Counted from the first letter of the stretch, positions 1 to 15,200 are shown. The stretch is 64,000 nt of DNA from Microbotryum violaceum (GCA_001244265.2 CDLV01000006.1:124001-188000), one strand, 5' to 3'. The notes: generated by a model not told the origin, from the letters alone. A program made the numbers and translations.

Positions 1-1593
<1,593 letters not shown>

Positions 1594-2006
1594 TCAACCG
1601 AACAAAGTCAATCCTTCCGCTGTGTCACTGACGTCCAATGTCTTCTTTTCGTATCAGTTTGTCCGTCATATCTAAGACTGCACAGCCATGTCAAGGGATA
1701 ACTCACGCATGCAATGTCACCAGCCGATGGTGAAGAAAAACGACTCGAGGTTGACATTCAAAGAAGACGTGTTGAAGGGAACGTCTCCCGTTCTCTGACG
1801 TTCTTTGACGTCGACGTGGTGGACAAGCGAAACAGTCTCCTTCGGAACAGAGAGTCACGTGCTATTGAATGGAACCTCGGCGAAGGTAGACGAAGCGGTG
1901 TCGCCGATGCGGAATCAGCGCTAGCTAGTTCTGGGGACGCGCTAGACCGAGAGCTGTCTATGATGTCATGCCACGTGGTTTGTCTCTTGTTCCTTAGTCA
2001 TTTATA

Positions 2007-2092
2007 CTAGTGCGATGGCGCCCTTCGCGCGCCATGACATCACGCCACGTGGTTTGTCTCGTTCTAGAATGTTCTTTGTCTCGACGGCCTAT
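2007..2092 (-). mobile_element. Helitron-like 3' end (copy 1)
   Basis: On the minus strand a GC-rich hairpin lies a few nt before CTAG|T. About 90 bp is homologous to 30082-30174. Confidence 0.6.
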
Positions 2093-2289
2093 TTTATTAT
2101 ATATAGTTTTAAGGAAGTTTTAAGGATAGAGGGTAATGAACGCGAGCATTAGTAATTTATGATACAGACCCTAATGAGTAAGCCAATGCCAATTGAGCTC
2201 GCATTAGCAATTAATGATATAGAACCTAATGAGCAAGCTAATGTGAATTAAGCTCTATCACGCTCCCGAAAAGAGCCCTTATTGAGACT

Positions 2290-2466
2290 TTTTGGATGGT
2301 ATTACCCATTAAAATTGGAAATAGCCGAACCGAAGAGAATACCGTCTGCTCGGGTAATACCATCGTCACGTGGGTAATACCCAACCAGCGGGTATTACCC
2401 ATTTTGGTGGGTAATACCGCAGCCCGGGGAATACCCATTCAGATGGGTATTCGATGGGTATTCCCC
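2290..2466. repeat. Array of GGGTA(A/T)TACCC-type near-palindromic motifs, probably a DNA-transposon subterminal region
   Basis: About 8-9 full or partial copies in both orientations within about 180 bp. Confidence 0.6.
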
Positions 2467-2633
2467 GCCAAAAACGTCGCTCAGTGTGGTGCGCGTAGCC
2501 TGCTTGACGCGTCGCGTCGCGCCAAACGCCTACTTCTACTTTCGACTCATGTTCACCGCGCCACGGCAGTTCCTGCCATCCGTTGCCATCGATCGATGCT
2601 CGCCTTGGTTCTAAAACTCGTCTCGCATACGTC

Positions 2634-3516
2634 ATGTCCAGTCAGCAGATAAAAGCAACGCTCCAGAACAAGGGTGGCCGACCCCGCATTGGGACCCGAC
2701 CAATCGACATGACCAGCCCACCTGCACATGGCACGTCCCAAATCTCCTCGACTACGTCTACCCAGAAGAAAGACTTGGGCCAGCGGGAACCCGATATCAT
2801 TGACCAATCTCCCTCAGTGAGGCACTCCAATCAAATATCAATGACTCCTGAGGGCTGCTCCGACGATGTCGACTCGAACGCCGACTCAGACCCCGCCGTC
2901 GACGACTCCGAAGCCAGCTCCTCCGATGGCGGCGAAGAAGCCATGAATCGACTGCGCCAAGTCGTCAACCTCCTCGAAAATTGTGCACCCAACCATCTGC
3001 AGCTGGAGTATGACACAATGCAAGCCAAGCGTCAAGCGATCATGTCGTCGAACCGCCTCTGGTCGGCGGAAGAGAAAGCCGACTACGGGCAATGGCCGCT
3101 GATTCTTGGCGACCGAAGGAAAGCAGATGAATGGACGCTCAAGGACACCATACCAATTCTCAAGCTTCCTTTGTACATGGCCACCGAAGTAGGTCGATAC
3201 TGGTTCCAAGCATAAGCAGTCATTGATGGCTATTTGAAGTTGCTGATTAGGAAACAAAACTGACAAAATCCTTCCTCACCGATCCTCTTCCTATCCTTCG
3301 TTGGCGAACCCAACCAGAACAGGAGCACGAATGGAAAGCCTGCAAGTACGAACGTTGTCTCGCCGTAGTAGAAACATCTCACGGTGCTCCATCGATCACT
3401 TTCCATCAGCATCCGGCGGATCACCTGACATTGTGCCCGGTCATTGGTGCAAGGCCCGAGGCCTTTTGCCCGGGAGCCGGAAGAAGGTGATGGAATTTTG
3501 GGGCTTAGTTGGATGA
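2634..3516 (+). pseudogene. Degenerate ORF with Ulp1/C48 peptidase-like motifs, probably TE-borne
   Basis: Reading through stops gives WFQA*AVIDGYLKLL...PILFLSF, and a shifted frame gives IVPGHWC. These resemble the Ulp1 'W.....IN.Y..LL' and 'HW' motifs. Confidence 0.35.
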
Positions 3517-5083
3517 TAGCTTGCGCGCGCCTAGAACCTCTCTTGGCTTTCGCCAGCTGACTGCCTCGAGGTTCTAGGTGAGTGCACCAGTCCCCTATGT
3601 TTAGTATTGTAGCTAACTGCCTCGAGGTTCTAGACTTGAACTACGCCTGTTTGATCCTGTCTATCGTTCTTGGAGCACGGCTGCACGCGGTGCTTCCAAT
3701 TGGGTGCTTGTTGAAGCCCGTCTGTCCGACCACACCTCCCGCTTCCATGACTCGCTGCGGCAATCTAAAGGAAGCGTAGACAACCCGAACATTCCATCGC
3801 CGGAACAGAACTTTGCCAATTGTTTGAAGGTGAGAGGGAGAAGCGACTTGTGTGGATCCCGCTTACCTGATAGGCTGACTATAATCCGCCAAGCTCATGA
3901 TCGCAGAACATCGTTCCTTTCCTCGCGGCTCGGGCAGAAGGACCCATCCCTCGTGTCACCGGAGGCAGTGACCGGCCCACAATCCCGTACGCAGAGTGGG
4001 AGCGAGCTCCGAGATGATTGATCGTCCTAGTCATTGTATTGTAGCCTACACGCGGGCGCGATACTTGCGGCAGCCATGAGGGCGGCCGGTGAGGGTCCTC
4101 GCCTCAGGCGAATTCTCAGAGGTCGCCTCAACGGATTCAAAAAATTGTCACCGCATGGCAGCCTCACGCCTCCTGGTGGCCTCCTGGTGACCTCAAGGCG
4201 GCGAGGTGGATGAGGTCGGGCTCGTGTTCACACACCTCGCTTGACACGCTTCAAGCACCCCTGTGATGATGTGATTACAGTTGGGAACACTCTTGGAAAC
4301 ACTCATTGCAATGTTGAAACGATGCTGTGGTCATGTCATGAAGCCGCGAGGTGGCCTTGAGGACGCCCGCAGAGGAGGTGAGGCGGGTGCGCCTCCCTGG
4401 TCACCGGGCGTGCACCGGCTAGTGCCTGTGAGGCTGAACCTTTGCGGCGCGGTTGAGAGCGGGGTCCAAGCGGGGCCTCATGGCGACCACCAGGCGCGCG
4501 GCCGCACGTGTAGGGTGTGTGTGGGGGGGGGGGGGGGGCGGGGCGGGGGGGGCGGGGATCGGCCTCGGTCCGGGGTCCGGACGATGGCCGCGGCGTGAAC
4601 GAGAGCCGGCCCGGGTGCAGGCACGATTTCCAACTACATGAGGTCCTGGTGAGAGTGCTTCTTACTGAAGGTGGAGGTACTTGGTGATCATGTAAGGGGG
4701 TTCTTCAAGTTGCAGTGTGAGACATGGCATACTACACGAGATACAGCGGATTGCTCAGCTACGTCACGGTGGTAGATGCACCATCCTTAATTGGTAAACG
4801 CACCTTCTCTCCGGAGCAAACAAACTTGCGCGAAGAATGCACCATTTGTAAATGAACTTTGCACCTTTCTACCGGGGTAGATGCGTCAAGCTTCGGGGGT
4901 AAACGCGCCCGCGTAGCTGGTAATTGCACCATTTGCTCGCGGCATTAGCCCATTTTCCAGTGCGATCGGCTGCCGGCCGGGTGCCGGCTGCCCGAGTGGC
5001 CTTAGTAGACGCACCCGGCGACTCCCATCTCTTGAACACATTGAAGTTCACTTCCAACCCTTCATCCACTCTTTCGTTCGACA

Positions 5084-6108
5084 ATGCCGCGCATTGTGTT
5101 CTATTACGACTGTGTATCCCCGTGGGCTCGCAACGCGTATGAAGTTCTGAAACGTTACGAGCCGATTTGGGCTGTTGAATTGGTTTTGAAACCGGTGAGC
5201 TTGGAGTGAGCCTTCCCCACCTTTCATCCGGACTGACGGTGGTAATACTGCGACTGCCTCGACGCAGCGTTTCCTAGGGTCAGTTGTAGTCACCGAGGAT
5301 CCAGTCCAAGACGCCGAGAGCTCAGGCTTATACATACACTTGCTCTTTGGATACTTGCTTTGTGCTTTGACGCACTGCACCACCTAGCAGAGGCGTTATG
5401 GTCGCTAGCGGCAACAAGCCTCCATTGACTGTGGCGAACAAGGCCAAGTGGATGAACAGCGTCGACCTGCCTTTGGCGAGCGAATTTCTTAAGGTGAGTT
5501 GTCTACACAAGTCATCGAATGACTCCATTTGCTCTGTGCTAAGCGAACCATGAACGCCAACAACCGAAATGATCAGCTGCCTTTCGAGTTTCCTGACTCG
5601 TTCCCCATCAATACGATGCCCGTCGCCCGGTTCCTACGTCAGGTGGAGGGATCTTCCCCGGACCGTCTGCGCCGCACCACGGATATTTTCTTCAACGCCA
5701 TCTGGGGCGCGAACAAATTGCAACCCGCGAGCGCCTCGGCCAAGCCGGAAAATTGGCGCAAGTTGTTGCCTTCCTCGCTCTTCAGCGACCAAGAACTGCA
5801 GGCACTAGTCGAGCGTTCCATGGGCACTGAGAGCAAAGACAGGATCAAGGCGGAGGCCGCTGCCCTAGTCGCAGAAGGGTATGTGTCTCCCTTTCCGACT
5901 TTCCAAGTGAGAGACGCGAAACGCACGCTGATCGCCCTTCCTCTGCGGCTCTAGGGCTTTCGGCTTCCCGTGGATCGTCGTGCAGCGCGATGACGGCCAG
6001 ACTCGTTCATTTTTTGGCTCGGACCGTTTCGAGATTATAGCTTTTTGGCTTGGAAAGAGATGGAATGGGCCGTGCCCAACGAGCGAGCAGGCGCCAGCGA
6101 AGCTCTAG
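5084..6108 (+). CDS. Glutathione S-transferase kappa / DsbA-like family (multi-exon) with C-terminal PTS1 (AKL)
   Basis: Exons read MPRIVFYYDCVSPW..., FLGGVMVASGNKPP, FPINTM, and FGFPWIVV...FFGSDRFEIIA...PAKL*. GT-AG introns are consistent, including an 11-nt microexon at 5268-5278. Confidence 0.88.
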
Positions 6109-6273
6109 GAAAGCTTGAAGGTGGGTCTCGGATGCAATTGACAATCGTTTCATCTTCATCTTCACTTCTTCGCCGTACCATCCGTTTCGCTATGGTGCTC
6201 GGACCACACCTCACACAAGACATGCCTTGATGTTAATTCGTCGCCAGTCTCCAGTGATCCCTCCGTTCAGTGG

Positions 6274-9200
6274 CTAGTGCTTGAGTACCTGCACTGTTCG
6301 CGAGGGAAGGTACAGCTGATGCGCACGGCTGATGGTGAGCACGCGAAAGGTTTCATTTGTTTTCCAGCGGGTACTCACCTGCGCCGAGTTTCTGCGCCCG
6401 TTCCACTCCATCGGGGTTGTGAAGTGTTCCACCGACTTGTCGATGCGACCGTGACCCCCAAACTCTTTGTCATCCGAACTCAGCACAACCGCGTATTTTC
6501 CAGGCCAGTCGGTACCAAGGCGGTAGTCGGTAAACGAGTTGGTAGGATGGAAGTTGAACACAAAGAGCAAATTGCCCCTTTCAAAGACGATCACCTTGTC
6601 GGATTCGTTCTTGAGCGAAATGTAGGCCTGTGGCGACGAGAGCCACTGATAGCTTTCCTCTAGATGGTTCATCGCGGCATCGAAACTGTTAAGGTATCTG
6701 TAACGCAAGAGGGGGTCCTCTGTCAAGTTGAACTGGCGGCGAGCGTACTGATACGAATCGTTGTTCCCGGCGCGAGGGAAGTCGAGCCATTCGGGATGGC
6801 CAAATTCACTGCGTGGGCCAAGATCAGCTGCGCGTCCCCAGCCGTGATACAGCCAGAGCACCTTCTTCAATTACTCACTTTCCCTCGAAGTTGAGGTAGC
6901 CCTCCCCTCCTAGTGCATGCGTGACTAGTCTGCCGGTCGGTTAGGACGTGGCGAGTCAGATAGGTACATGCCTCACCTTGCCAGCAAGCCCGAGCTTGCA
7001 ACTCACCGAATCATCTTATGCAACGCGAGGCCTCGGTCGACGGTGACCGTCAGCTCGGTCAGGTCGGACATGTTGGTGTACATTTCCTTGTCCATCAACC
7101 AGAATGCAAGCGTTTTGTCGCCGACGAGGGCCTGGTCATGCGATTCGGCATAGCAGATGCTTTTTTCGCCGTGGCGACGATTGGTGAGCGTAAAACAGAT
7201 GTTTCCCATGTCCCAACCGTCATCGCCGGGTCCATCCTTGAGCAGCTTGATCCACATGTCGGGCACGGCCATAGCCAAGCGATAATCAAACCCGATGCCT
7301 CCGTCCCTCGGAGTGCGACACAACGCCGGCATCCCGGAAACGTCCTCCGCGATCGTGATTGAGCTCGGATACAGACCGTGGATCAGGTCATTCGCCTGCC
7401 CGCAAAGTGCATGTCGTAAGCGCGGCCCTGTCGCGGAGGCGAATCTCAGAAAGTAGACCGACCAGCATCATGTAAACAACGGCCTCCGTGTCTACATTCT
7501 CCCCGAAATACTCGTGGTACCCGCCTGAGAAGCCCGTGCCGATGCCATGATGAGTGTACATCATGCTCGTCACGCCATCGAAGCGAAAGCCGTCGAACTG
7601 GTATTCTTCCATCCAAAAACGCAGGTTGGAAAGCAAGAAGCGCAGGACCTCGTGCGAGCCATAGTTAAAGAGCCGTCTGAAGTGGCGGGAGCAGGCAACA
7701 AGCGTTATTGTCGCTCTTCGATCAACAGACGGCACTGCATCACCGCAGCTGCGACAGACTCACGAATCCCAGAGCTCGTGCCTGCCTTTGGGTCCGCCAT
7801 GGAAGTAATGATGGTCGGAACCGTCAAAATTATTGAGGCCGTCGAGAACGTTGTTGGAGGCATGCGAGTGGACAACATCGAGCAAAACGGTGATTCCCAT
7901 GCCGTGAGCGGTGTCAATCAGCTCCATCAGTTGCTCAGGAGTCCCTGAGGTCGTATGGCAATTGCGAGCATGGTCAGCACCATCGTTCTGTCCCCTGCCG
8001 AACGAGGATGCATTCGACATACCATATCGACTGCTCGCCGCGAAGAACGAAGTGATCTGATAACCGAAGCTGGCGTAGTACGCGTGCTCCATGATAGCCC
8101 TGTCCGGGTGCGGGCAGATATGTGTGAGCCACAAAGCTGGTGCTCGATCGGCGATAGCACGGCACACGCACATGAGTTGGATCGTGTTATAACCGAGCTT
8201 GGCAATCCTTGGCAGCACGTTTCGAGTGAACTCATTGTAAGTGCCGATCCGGGGGTCGGGAGTGGAGATACCGACTGCATGCCGAAAGCAACGGCACAAA
8301 AGAACAAGCGTCAAATTTGTTAAGCGTGCTTGACGATTTCTGACACTGAGCACAAAAATCGTTTCTTCGCACCGTGGGCCTCGTACACTCTGACCGCCCT
8401 GGGCTGAGGGGGCCGCTTGTTCTTGAACCGATACTTTTTGGGCGGATTCCAGAACACGGCGTCGTAAACGGGGGAAACCATGAGGTCTTGTACAACTCGT
8501 CTGAGCGAACCAGGTCGGTCAGGCTTCAGCGCGGTGAATCGACAGTTGCGCAGCGGTGAAGGAAGACGAGCTCACTTGACCCATGCTGGGAGCCTTTCGA
8601 TGCGCCCTTCAATGCCCGGGGCCGTCATTGAGATCTGAGAAAGGAGTCCAAAAGCGCGCCATCGGTAAAGCGATCAGAGCTTGGCCCAACAGGAAGGTTT
8701 TCAGGTTGTCGCAAAGACTTGCCTTGACTTTAGAATTGTGCGGGATTGCAGCTTGACCTTTCACAGCCTGAAGCGTGAGCTCGAATACGCCGTAGTCGTT
8801 CTTCATCATCGGGTGAGAGTCGCGATCCCACCCATCTGCTCACGCGGGGGAGGAGGGGTTAGTGCGCCGCGAACGAGTCCAATGAAGTGAGGGGTAGCCC
8901 CCTTCTCCAACAAGGGGCGAGGGGGAACGACAGAAGGCACCGAGCCGAGGGCCACTCTCCCAACTATGAGGGTGGAGCGGTTGGCCAGCAGCCGAATCTG
9001 CGCCGAAGCGGAGAGCGGACGCGGCGTTTGAAAAGGGTGGGGGCCCACGCCCAACGGGTGCGGAGCTAGACCGAGCATTGCTTCGAGGGAGCGCAAAAGA
9101 ACGCAGCACCACCCGAGGACAAGCGAAAGCAGAAGCAACCAGGAAGAAAGAAGGAATGAGAAGGTGCAAAGAGGTTAGCGGAGGGGCGACTGACTGAAGT

Positions 9201-9658
9201 CGCCAACGAGGTATGCCGAGGTCGCATTGGGTGCCCACTCGCGGTAGACAATGTCGTTCTGCGCCGTGACGTTGAACCCAAAGTGGCGGTAGCCCTGCGA
9301 GAAGCGGTCGAGGCCGCCCTCAGTGCTGTCAATCTGCTGCACCCACTGCTTGTAGACGGTGTAACTGTACGTTGTATCGCACCAAACGAGATCAGTGGCC
9401 AAACCCGCCCATTGATGCCCTCTCATAAAGGAAGGACTCGGGCGGCGGAGCTTCACTGACCGATGCCTGACGCTCCCCTCGAACGGTTGAAGGCTGGCGG
9501 TGGTGACGTCGGTAGAGCAGCGCATTCCCAAAGTCAGCTCGACCGCTCGACACCTTTAGCAAGCGAAGCAGAGAGCCATCGACTAACTAGGGATCCTCTC
9601 GGATGATAGCGAATTCAGACGGCGGTGGCGCGGCTGGAGCAGGTGTAGCGGCGGACAT
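6274..9658 (-). CDS. GLC3: 1,4-alpha-glucan (glycogen) branching enzyme, GH13 (multi-exon)
   Basis: Motifs [59 protein letters not shown] and [12 protein letters not shown]. Confidence 0.97.
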
Positions 9659-10539
9659 TTCTGGCTTCGAGTGAAGTGGGGAAGCAAGACAGGCGAAGCG
9701 CCACGCACAGGAGGACTCGCGATTTGGCAATGCAGTTGCAGTGGCGGCGGGTTATCCACACGCTCCAGCTTTTTATTGAACTCGCGCGAGTTCTGGACCG
9801 ATTTCTGCCGCCTAATTCGGCCGCGCGTTTCGGCCTCCCTGTCTCGAGGCGCGTCTGTCGGGTTCGTCGCCACAGCACGTGACCAACGAGCGCGCGGTCC
9901 AAGCGCAATGTTTCTTGTTGACTGCGCTCGCGCTCGTAGACGTTGCCCGCGCGCATGAATAAATAGGGCTGTTCAACCCGATTCTCTCTTTCCTTCCTTC
10001 CATGCACTTGCAAGTCCTAAACGATCTTCACCACTCGAACGCCATGACGTCAAACCCTCTCTTCGACTTATCAATGTCGTACAAGGCCACACGCCCTCGT
10101 TGCGCCGCCTGACGCCGAATCGATACAAACAACATCGGTTCCCGCCGCCGAAATCCCCGACTCGCTGGCGAGACAACGTGCGACCATCAATTGGCAACGC
10201 CACAAGATCGCAGGTCCTTCCAATCAACCGTCAAGTAGGTTTCCATCGCGTTCGCATTCATGACAGTCAAACAGCGCGAACAGCACGTTGCTCTCGATGC
10301 GCATGCTGACTGTTTTGTTGACTGTCCTTCTCGCTGCTCCTCTCCACACAGATCCGGCACTCGTCTCAAAGACCAAAGACGTAGAGTGATGTTGGAAAAA
10401 TGCATCTGCAAGTGGGCCGGAAGCCCAAGGGCTGTAGCAGAATCACTGGTCTCGTGCCTGGGTGAAGGTAAGCGACGATCCCTACGGTCCGGCACGCTGG
10501 CCTCGAGATAGTTCCCTTGGCTCATACCCTTCTGTCTAA

Positions 10540-11500
10540 TGATTCACAGGTCACGTATCACGCGATCACCACCAAAAATTACATCGAGTCGTGGCATAAG
10601 ATCTTGAAGTATTGTTACATTGGCCGCGGGCAGCGACAGCGGACGGATCAGCTCATCCACACCCTCACAATGGCGCCGAGCCAGCATACCGCCAAGAGAT
10701 TAGTCTCATCGTCACCGGCTTTGTTCGTCGGCAATCGAGTAAGGCCGAGACTCGGGGCCAAAACACCGCGCAATCAATTGAGTGGAGTCGAGCGAACGAT
10801 ATGGTCACGGAGATGGACGACGACGGTGATGTGAGTTGAGCTTGGGATTTTCTCGCGTCTCGGGGTCGAGACTTTGGCTGACTCGACCTCGACGACTTTT
10901 CTTCTTTTCTTTTTGCCAATCTTTTAATCTACGTCACCTCTTTCGGAGAGGACAAGCAGGACGACGAAGACTCGACCTTCATCGAGACAAGCTACACCGT
11001 TGGACTCAATCCCACCGACTCGAGCGTGATCTCGACTTGCGATTGTCCGGATTTCGTTCGCCACATGTTTTTGTGCAAGCACATGTGGCTTGCCGCGCGT
11101 GGATCTTTGCACTAGCGACCATGCTCCTCTTGCATCTCAAGCATCGTCTCATGTGTCTGAAATTTCGCCCTCGCTGCCGCCGTCGTCATAGTCGCTCGCT
11201 CCACCACTTTAAGCAATACCCAACAGCACTGCCGAGCACGAAGATCGCATTCAACTCTACCGACGGCTCGCTGAGGAAGCCGGACGAGTACACGCAAAGC
11301 TGCTTCGGACTTTGTAGGAGTTGGAGGAGGCTGATAAGTGCGACCCTCACACGGCTGGCGGACTCTGGGGTGGCCGAGGCTTTCATCGAGGCAGGCAAGT
11401 CAGTGACGGAAGGGTATTCTACATGGAGGGCTAAGCAGAGAAGGTATGAGGAGTATGGGGAGACGCGGGCGAGCAGGGGATTTGAGGATGAATTTGTAAT
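10540..11500 (+). pseudogene. Degenerate MULE (Mutator-like) transposase C-terminal part with SWIM zinc finger
   Basis: TKNYIESWHKILK...RQRTDQLIHTL and TCDCPDFVRHMFLCKHMW (CxC..CxH SWIM, about 11035-11100), interrupted by frameshifts. Confidence 0.7.
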
Positions 11501-11680
11501 GTAGTACATTTGGGCATCCTAGCCCGCCCCCCTATTTCGAATCGAACCGGCCCAATAGGGCGATCAAAAGCAGAGCAATTTGGCCAAAAACAATTTCGCT
11601 TGGCCGAATTGAAAGTTCTGGTGTGCATATAACGGCTCGCGTTGCAGTGGCTTGCTGAGCTTTGCTCTGTTTTGCTGAGG

Positions 11681-11945
11681 AGGACCCCAGAAAGCCCCGC
11701 CGGACGCGCATTCATATATATTTTTAGTTTGACGACCCAAAATCCTGAACATCGTCGAGGCGCCTTGCAGAAGACTGACATTTTGAGACCAAAATTACAC
11801 TTTTGGCCTACCTTGAGAGACCTTGAGCAGCTTTCGGCGTGACTTTGGGCCCGTTTGCGCTTCGCAGCGCTCGCGCTCGAACACGTCACTATTCATCATC
11901 TGCAATTACTCTAGTGCAGTGGTGGTTAGGGATTAACCCGAATAG
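11681..11945 (+). mobile_element. Left end of the unclassified TIR family (AGGACCCCAGAAAGCCC...)
   Basis: Homologous to 58312-58684 and, in inverted orientation, to 19928-20147. Confidence 0.75.
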
Positions 11946-11967
11946 GTACTAATAGCTCCCACTGCTG

Positions 11968-12223
11968 AATCCCTGAAGCTCTCTAGAGCTGAAGGTCTGT
12001 TCAACGAAAATTGGGGGAGCGCGAGAGCTGGGGAAATCCCTGAAGCTCTTTAGAGCTGAAGGTTTGTTCCAGAAAAATTCGGCGGCGCGAGCTTGGGAAA
12101 TTGACGACGATCTCAACGCTGGGGGGCGGCTTGGGGGGGCGCCGCGGGTTTGGGAAATTGACGACGGTCTCAACGCCCGGGGGGCGGCTTGGGGCGCGCC
12201 GCGAGCATGGGAAATTGACGACG
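11968..12223. repeat. Minisatellite-like tandem repeats
   Basis: Two copies of ATCCCTGAAGCTCT(C/T)TAGAGCTGAAGGT and three copies of TGGGAAATTGACGACG, in units of roughly 57-68 bp. Confidence 0.8.
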
Positions 12224-12260
12224 GCACGGAGTGCAAAGTCTTGTAGGCGTGCGCTAACTG

Positions 12261-15200
12261 CAGGGCTTCGCATTAGATCAGATAGATGCCTATCTATATC
12301 TACACCTCCTATAAATATCGCTCATCTATCTATATGGATACACTTGGACGTAACTACGCAGATATCTAAAGCATCTGCCAGGAATGCACATGGAGGAGAC
12401 AGAAGTTGTCCATGGTCAGAGGGGTTCAAGCATATTCAAGAAACATATCCGCTTAAGTTTCCAAGACCTTATCAAGTCATTGGCTTGGCTCCGAACGGTG
12501 GCGGTGAGACAGAGGCCGCCCTCCTGGCTGCCCGTTGTGCCCTACTAGTCCGGTCGGCTTCTATCTCGGAAGCGAAGCAAAACATTGCCTATCTTGAAGG
12601 CATGAGGCCTGAGACCTGAGCTCCTGAAAGGAAATGGGCAAATGAGCCAGAAGATTTTGGAGTCCGCATATTGCCACTGCTCGTCTGCCGGTTTCACTTC
12701 TCCCCTTTCTAGTACCTCCCCGTCTTCTCCCTCTCTAGCTCATAAATCCCCAAACTCCTCATCTTGCTACAACATGGCTACTCCTACTGCCGCAGAAGAG
12801 CTTGTCGCCACTGTCTTCAGCACGGAGGCGGAAGCAAAAGTGTTCTACACCGAGCTTCGGTCTGCTGGCCCCGAAGACCGATTGCAAGCGAGGTGCGCCG
12901 ACGTTGCTCGGGCCTTCCTTTTCTCCCGGACCTCGGGAAAGTGGGATCATTTCGATGTCGTCGTGTTTCGATCGAATGGTAAATTGAAGATCCGAGCAAC
13001 GTGCAAGACTCGTCCAGCCTCTCAGTGCGAAACCGTTGACTTCGAGACCGCACACCAACACGGCGTATCGAACTGGAACAGGGGCATCAAACAATGCCTG
13101 GCATCCAGGGGGGAAGGGGTGAACACGGTTAGTTCTCTTGAAATAATGTTTGCAGGCTGTTACAGCAGGTCACTAAAGTTTTTATCTGTCTTGTACTTTC
13201 AGAACGTGCAACCATTGCTTTCTGCTGCAATCTTCGACAATGCGTTGTTCATGCTATCCATCGTTCTTCACGTTGCAATCTCGAAGGAAGCGTTCGCCCA
13301 CGTAGACCCCCAACTTCAAACCTGGCTCGCCTACTCCTATCATGTCGCCAATATGAATGCTATCCTTGGTAGTCACGACACCGTCAAGAGGCTACTCGTT
13401 CATCTACATAGGGAGCTGTCAGTTCAATTCGGCGCATTTCTTGTCACGCGAAATCGCGGGATTCGTCTGGTTATCGATGGTTGGACCGCTCCCAGCTGCA
13501 TCAGTGTTCTCGGAGTCGTCGTAATGTATGAACAAGATGGCGTCGTTCATCGTCACATCCTCAAGTTCATTAAGTCGAAAGGTCGCCACGGCAAAGAGCT
13601 CGCAGTGTCGCTTCATGAATGCGTCGAAGAGTTCAAGATCTCGCATCTCGTTCGAACCCTCGTGATGGACAACGCCTCGAACTGCAACAAGATGGCGGTG
13701 GAGTACAAGAACCTCAATGACTCGTGGTGGGGACCCGAGATGCGAGTTCCCTGCTTCACCCACATTCTCCAGCTAGTGATGGGCGCACTTTACACTGCCT
13801 TTTTGTTGTGGATTTGGACTTGGAGTACCAATGAATGAATGAAGATTCGCTGTAGCTACACGGCGTTGATAGATGACCTATTGTGAGATAGAGTATCGCC
13901 AAGGTCAATCAACTTGTAGCAGGCGAATGGGCGAGGTAGATATCGAGTGTGTGTTAAAGAAGAAGGAGAGAGTGAACGAGACCAGAGCCTTAGATAGTAT
14001 CCGCGTGCAAGCCACCTCTGAGTCCAATCAATACGCCACACCGCCATCTGCCTCCATCCGGCGCCGCGCCACGCGCGCGCCAACTTCCCAATGCCACAAG
14101 TCCCTCTGGACCGCTGACCCTTTACTAATTTCCCACAACACTTTTCAATGGCCCCTGCTCGTCCGCCTACTCCTCGGGCGCGCAAGAACACGACCGGCAA
14201 GCATATATCTGCTTTCGACGGTCATCCCAACGTCGAAGATGATTTGGATGCTGAATATCAGAGGATCGACCACGAGATTGCTCAAGCTCTGTCCATTGCG
14301 ACTGCCTCTGGTGACTACGACATTTCAGCATTGGAATGTACGGTGAACAATTCGAAGACTTGCTTGAGAGAGGCTTTGGATTGGGGCGAGTAGGTGGCAT
14401 CAAGATTCAACCCATCCTTCGACGAAAATGCATGACCGTCATTCCTACGATCGCCGATTTTGCACAACACGTTTCGGGACTGAGAGTCAAATCCTCCGAC
14501 AAACACAGATGGCAGCAGTCGGTCGTTGCCACCGCCTTGAAGGACCGACTCGATTCCAAGGCGACGGAGCTTTCCCGCAAAAACGAGACGCGTTGGAACT
14601 CTATTCACCTCTGCCTTCAGAACCATGTTCTGTTCTTGAGTGCCATCGACTACTATATGGCGCCCGACGACACACCCTCGAACATCGTGGACAAATTCGC
14701 CCTTCCTGATGACGCACTTGATATCTTAAAGAGCTCCTTGACATTGGCGAATACCTCAAGACCCTGACGGTTCAGTTCCAAGATGCAACGCCTCGCACTT
14801 GGGATGTCATCGCCGAGTTCGAACGAGTTGAAGGCATGCTTGACAACAAGGCTCAAACCGCTTCTCCCATGGTGCGCATCGCAGCCAAGTCCGCTTTGAT
14901 CGTTCTGGGCAACTACTACTCGAAGGTTGGCGACGATTCAATTGCTGCATTTGGGTCGATGTTCTTTGATCCTCGTCACCATCTGCGATTCTTGCAGCGA
15001 CCTGGAACTGCTTGGGCCGAAACCGATATCAATGAGAAGCACTGCAGAAGAAGCTCCAGAAGGTGTACCTTCCTCTCTATGAGGACATCCCCGAAGCTGG
15101 CCCTCCGTCCCCGATTCAGATTCCGATGCTTGCTCCGACCACGATTTGTATGGTGATGAAGGAGGTGACACACAAGGCTCTCACAACTACTACGAGCCAG

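Noticed and set aside
11968-12223. CRISPR-like repeat-spacer array
   Set aside because: Eukaryotic context, the spacers resemble each other, and there are no cas genes. It is a TE-associated minisatellite.
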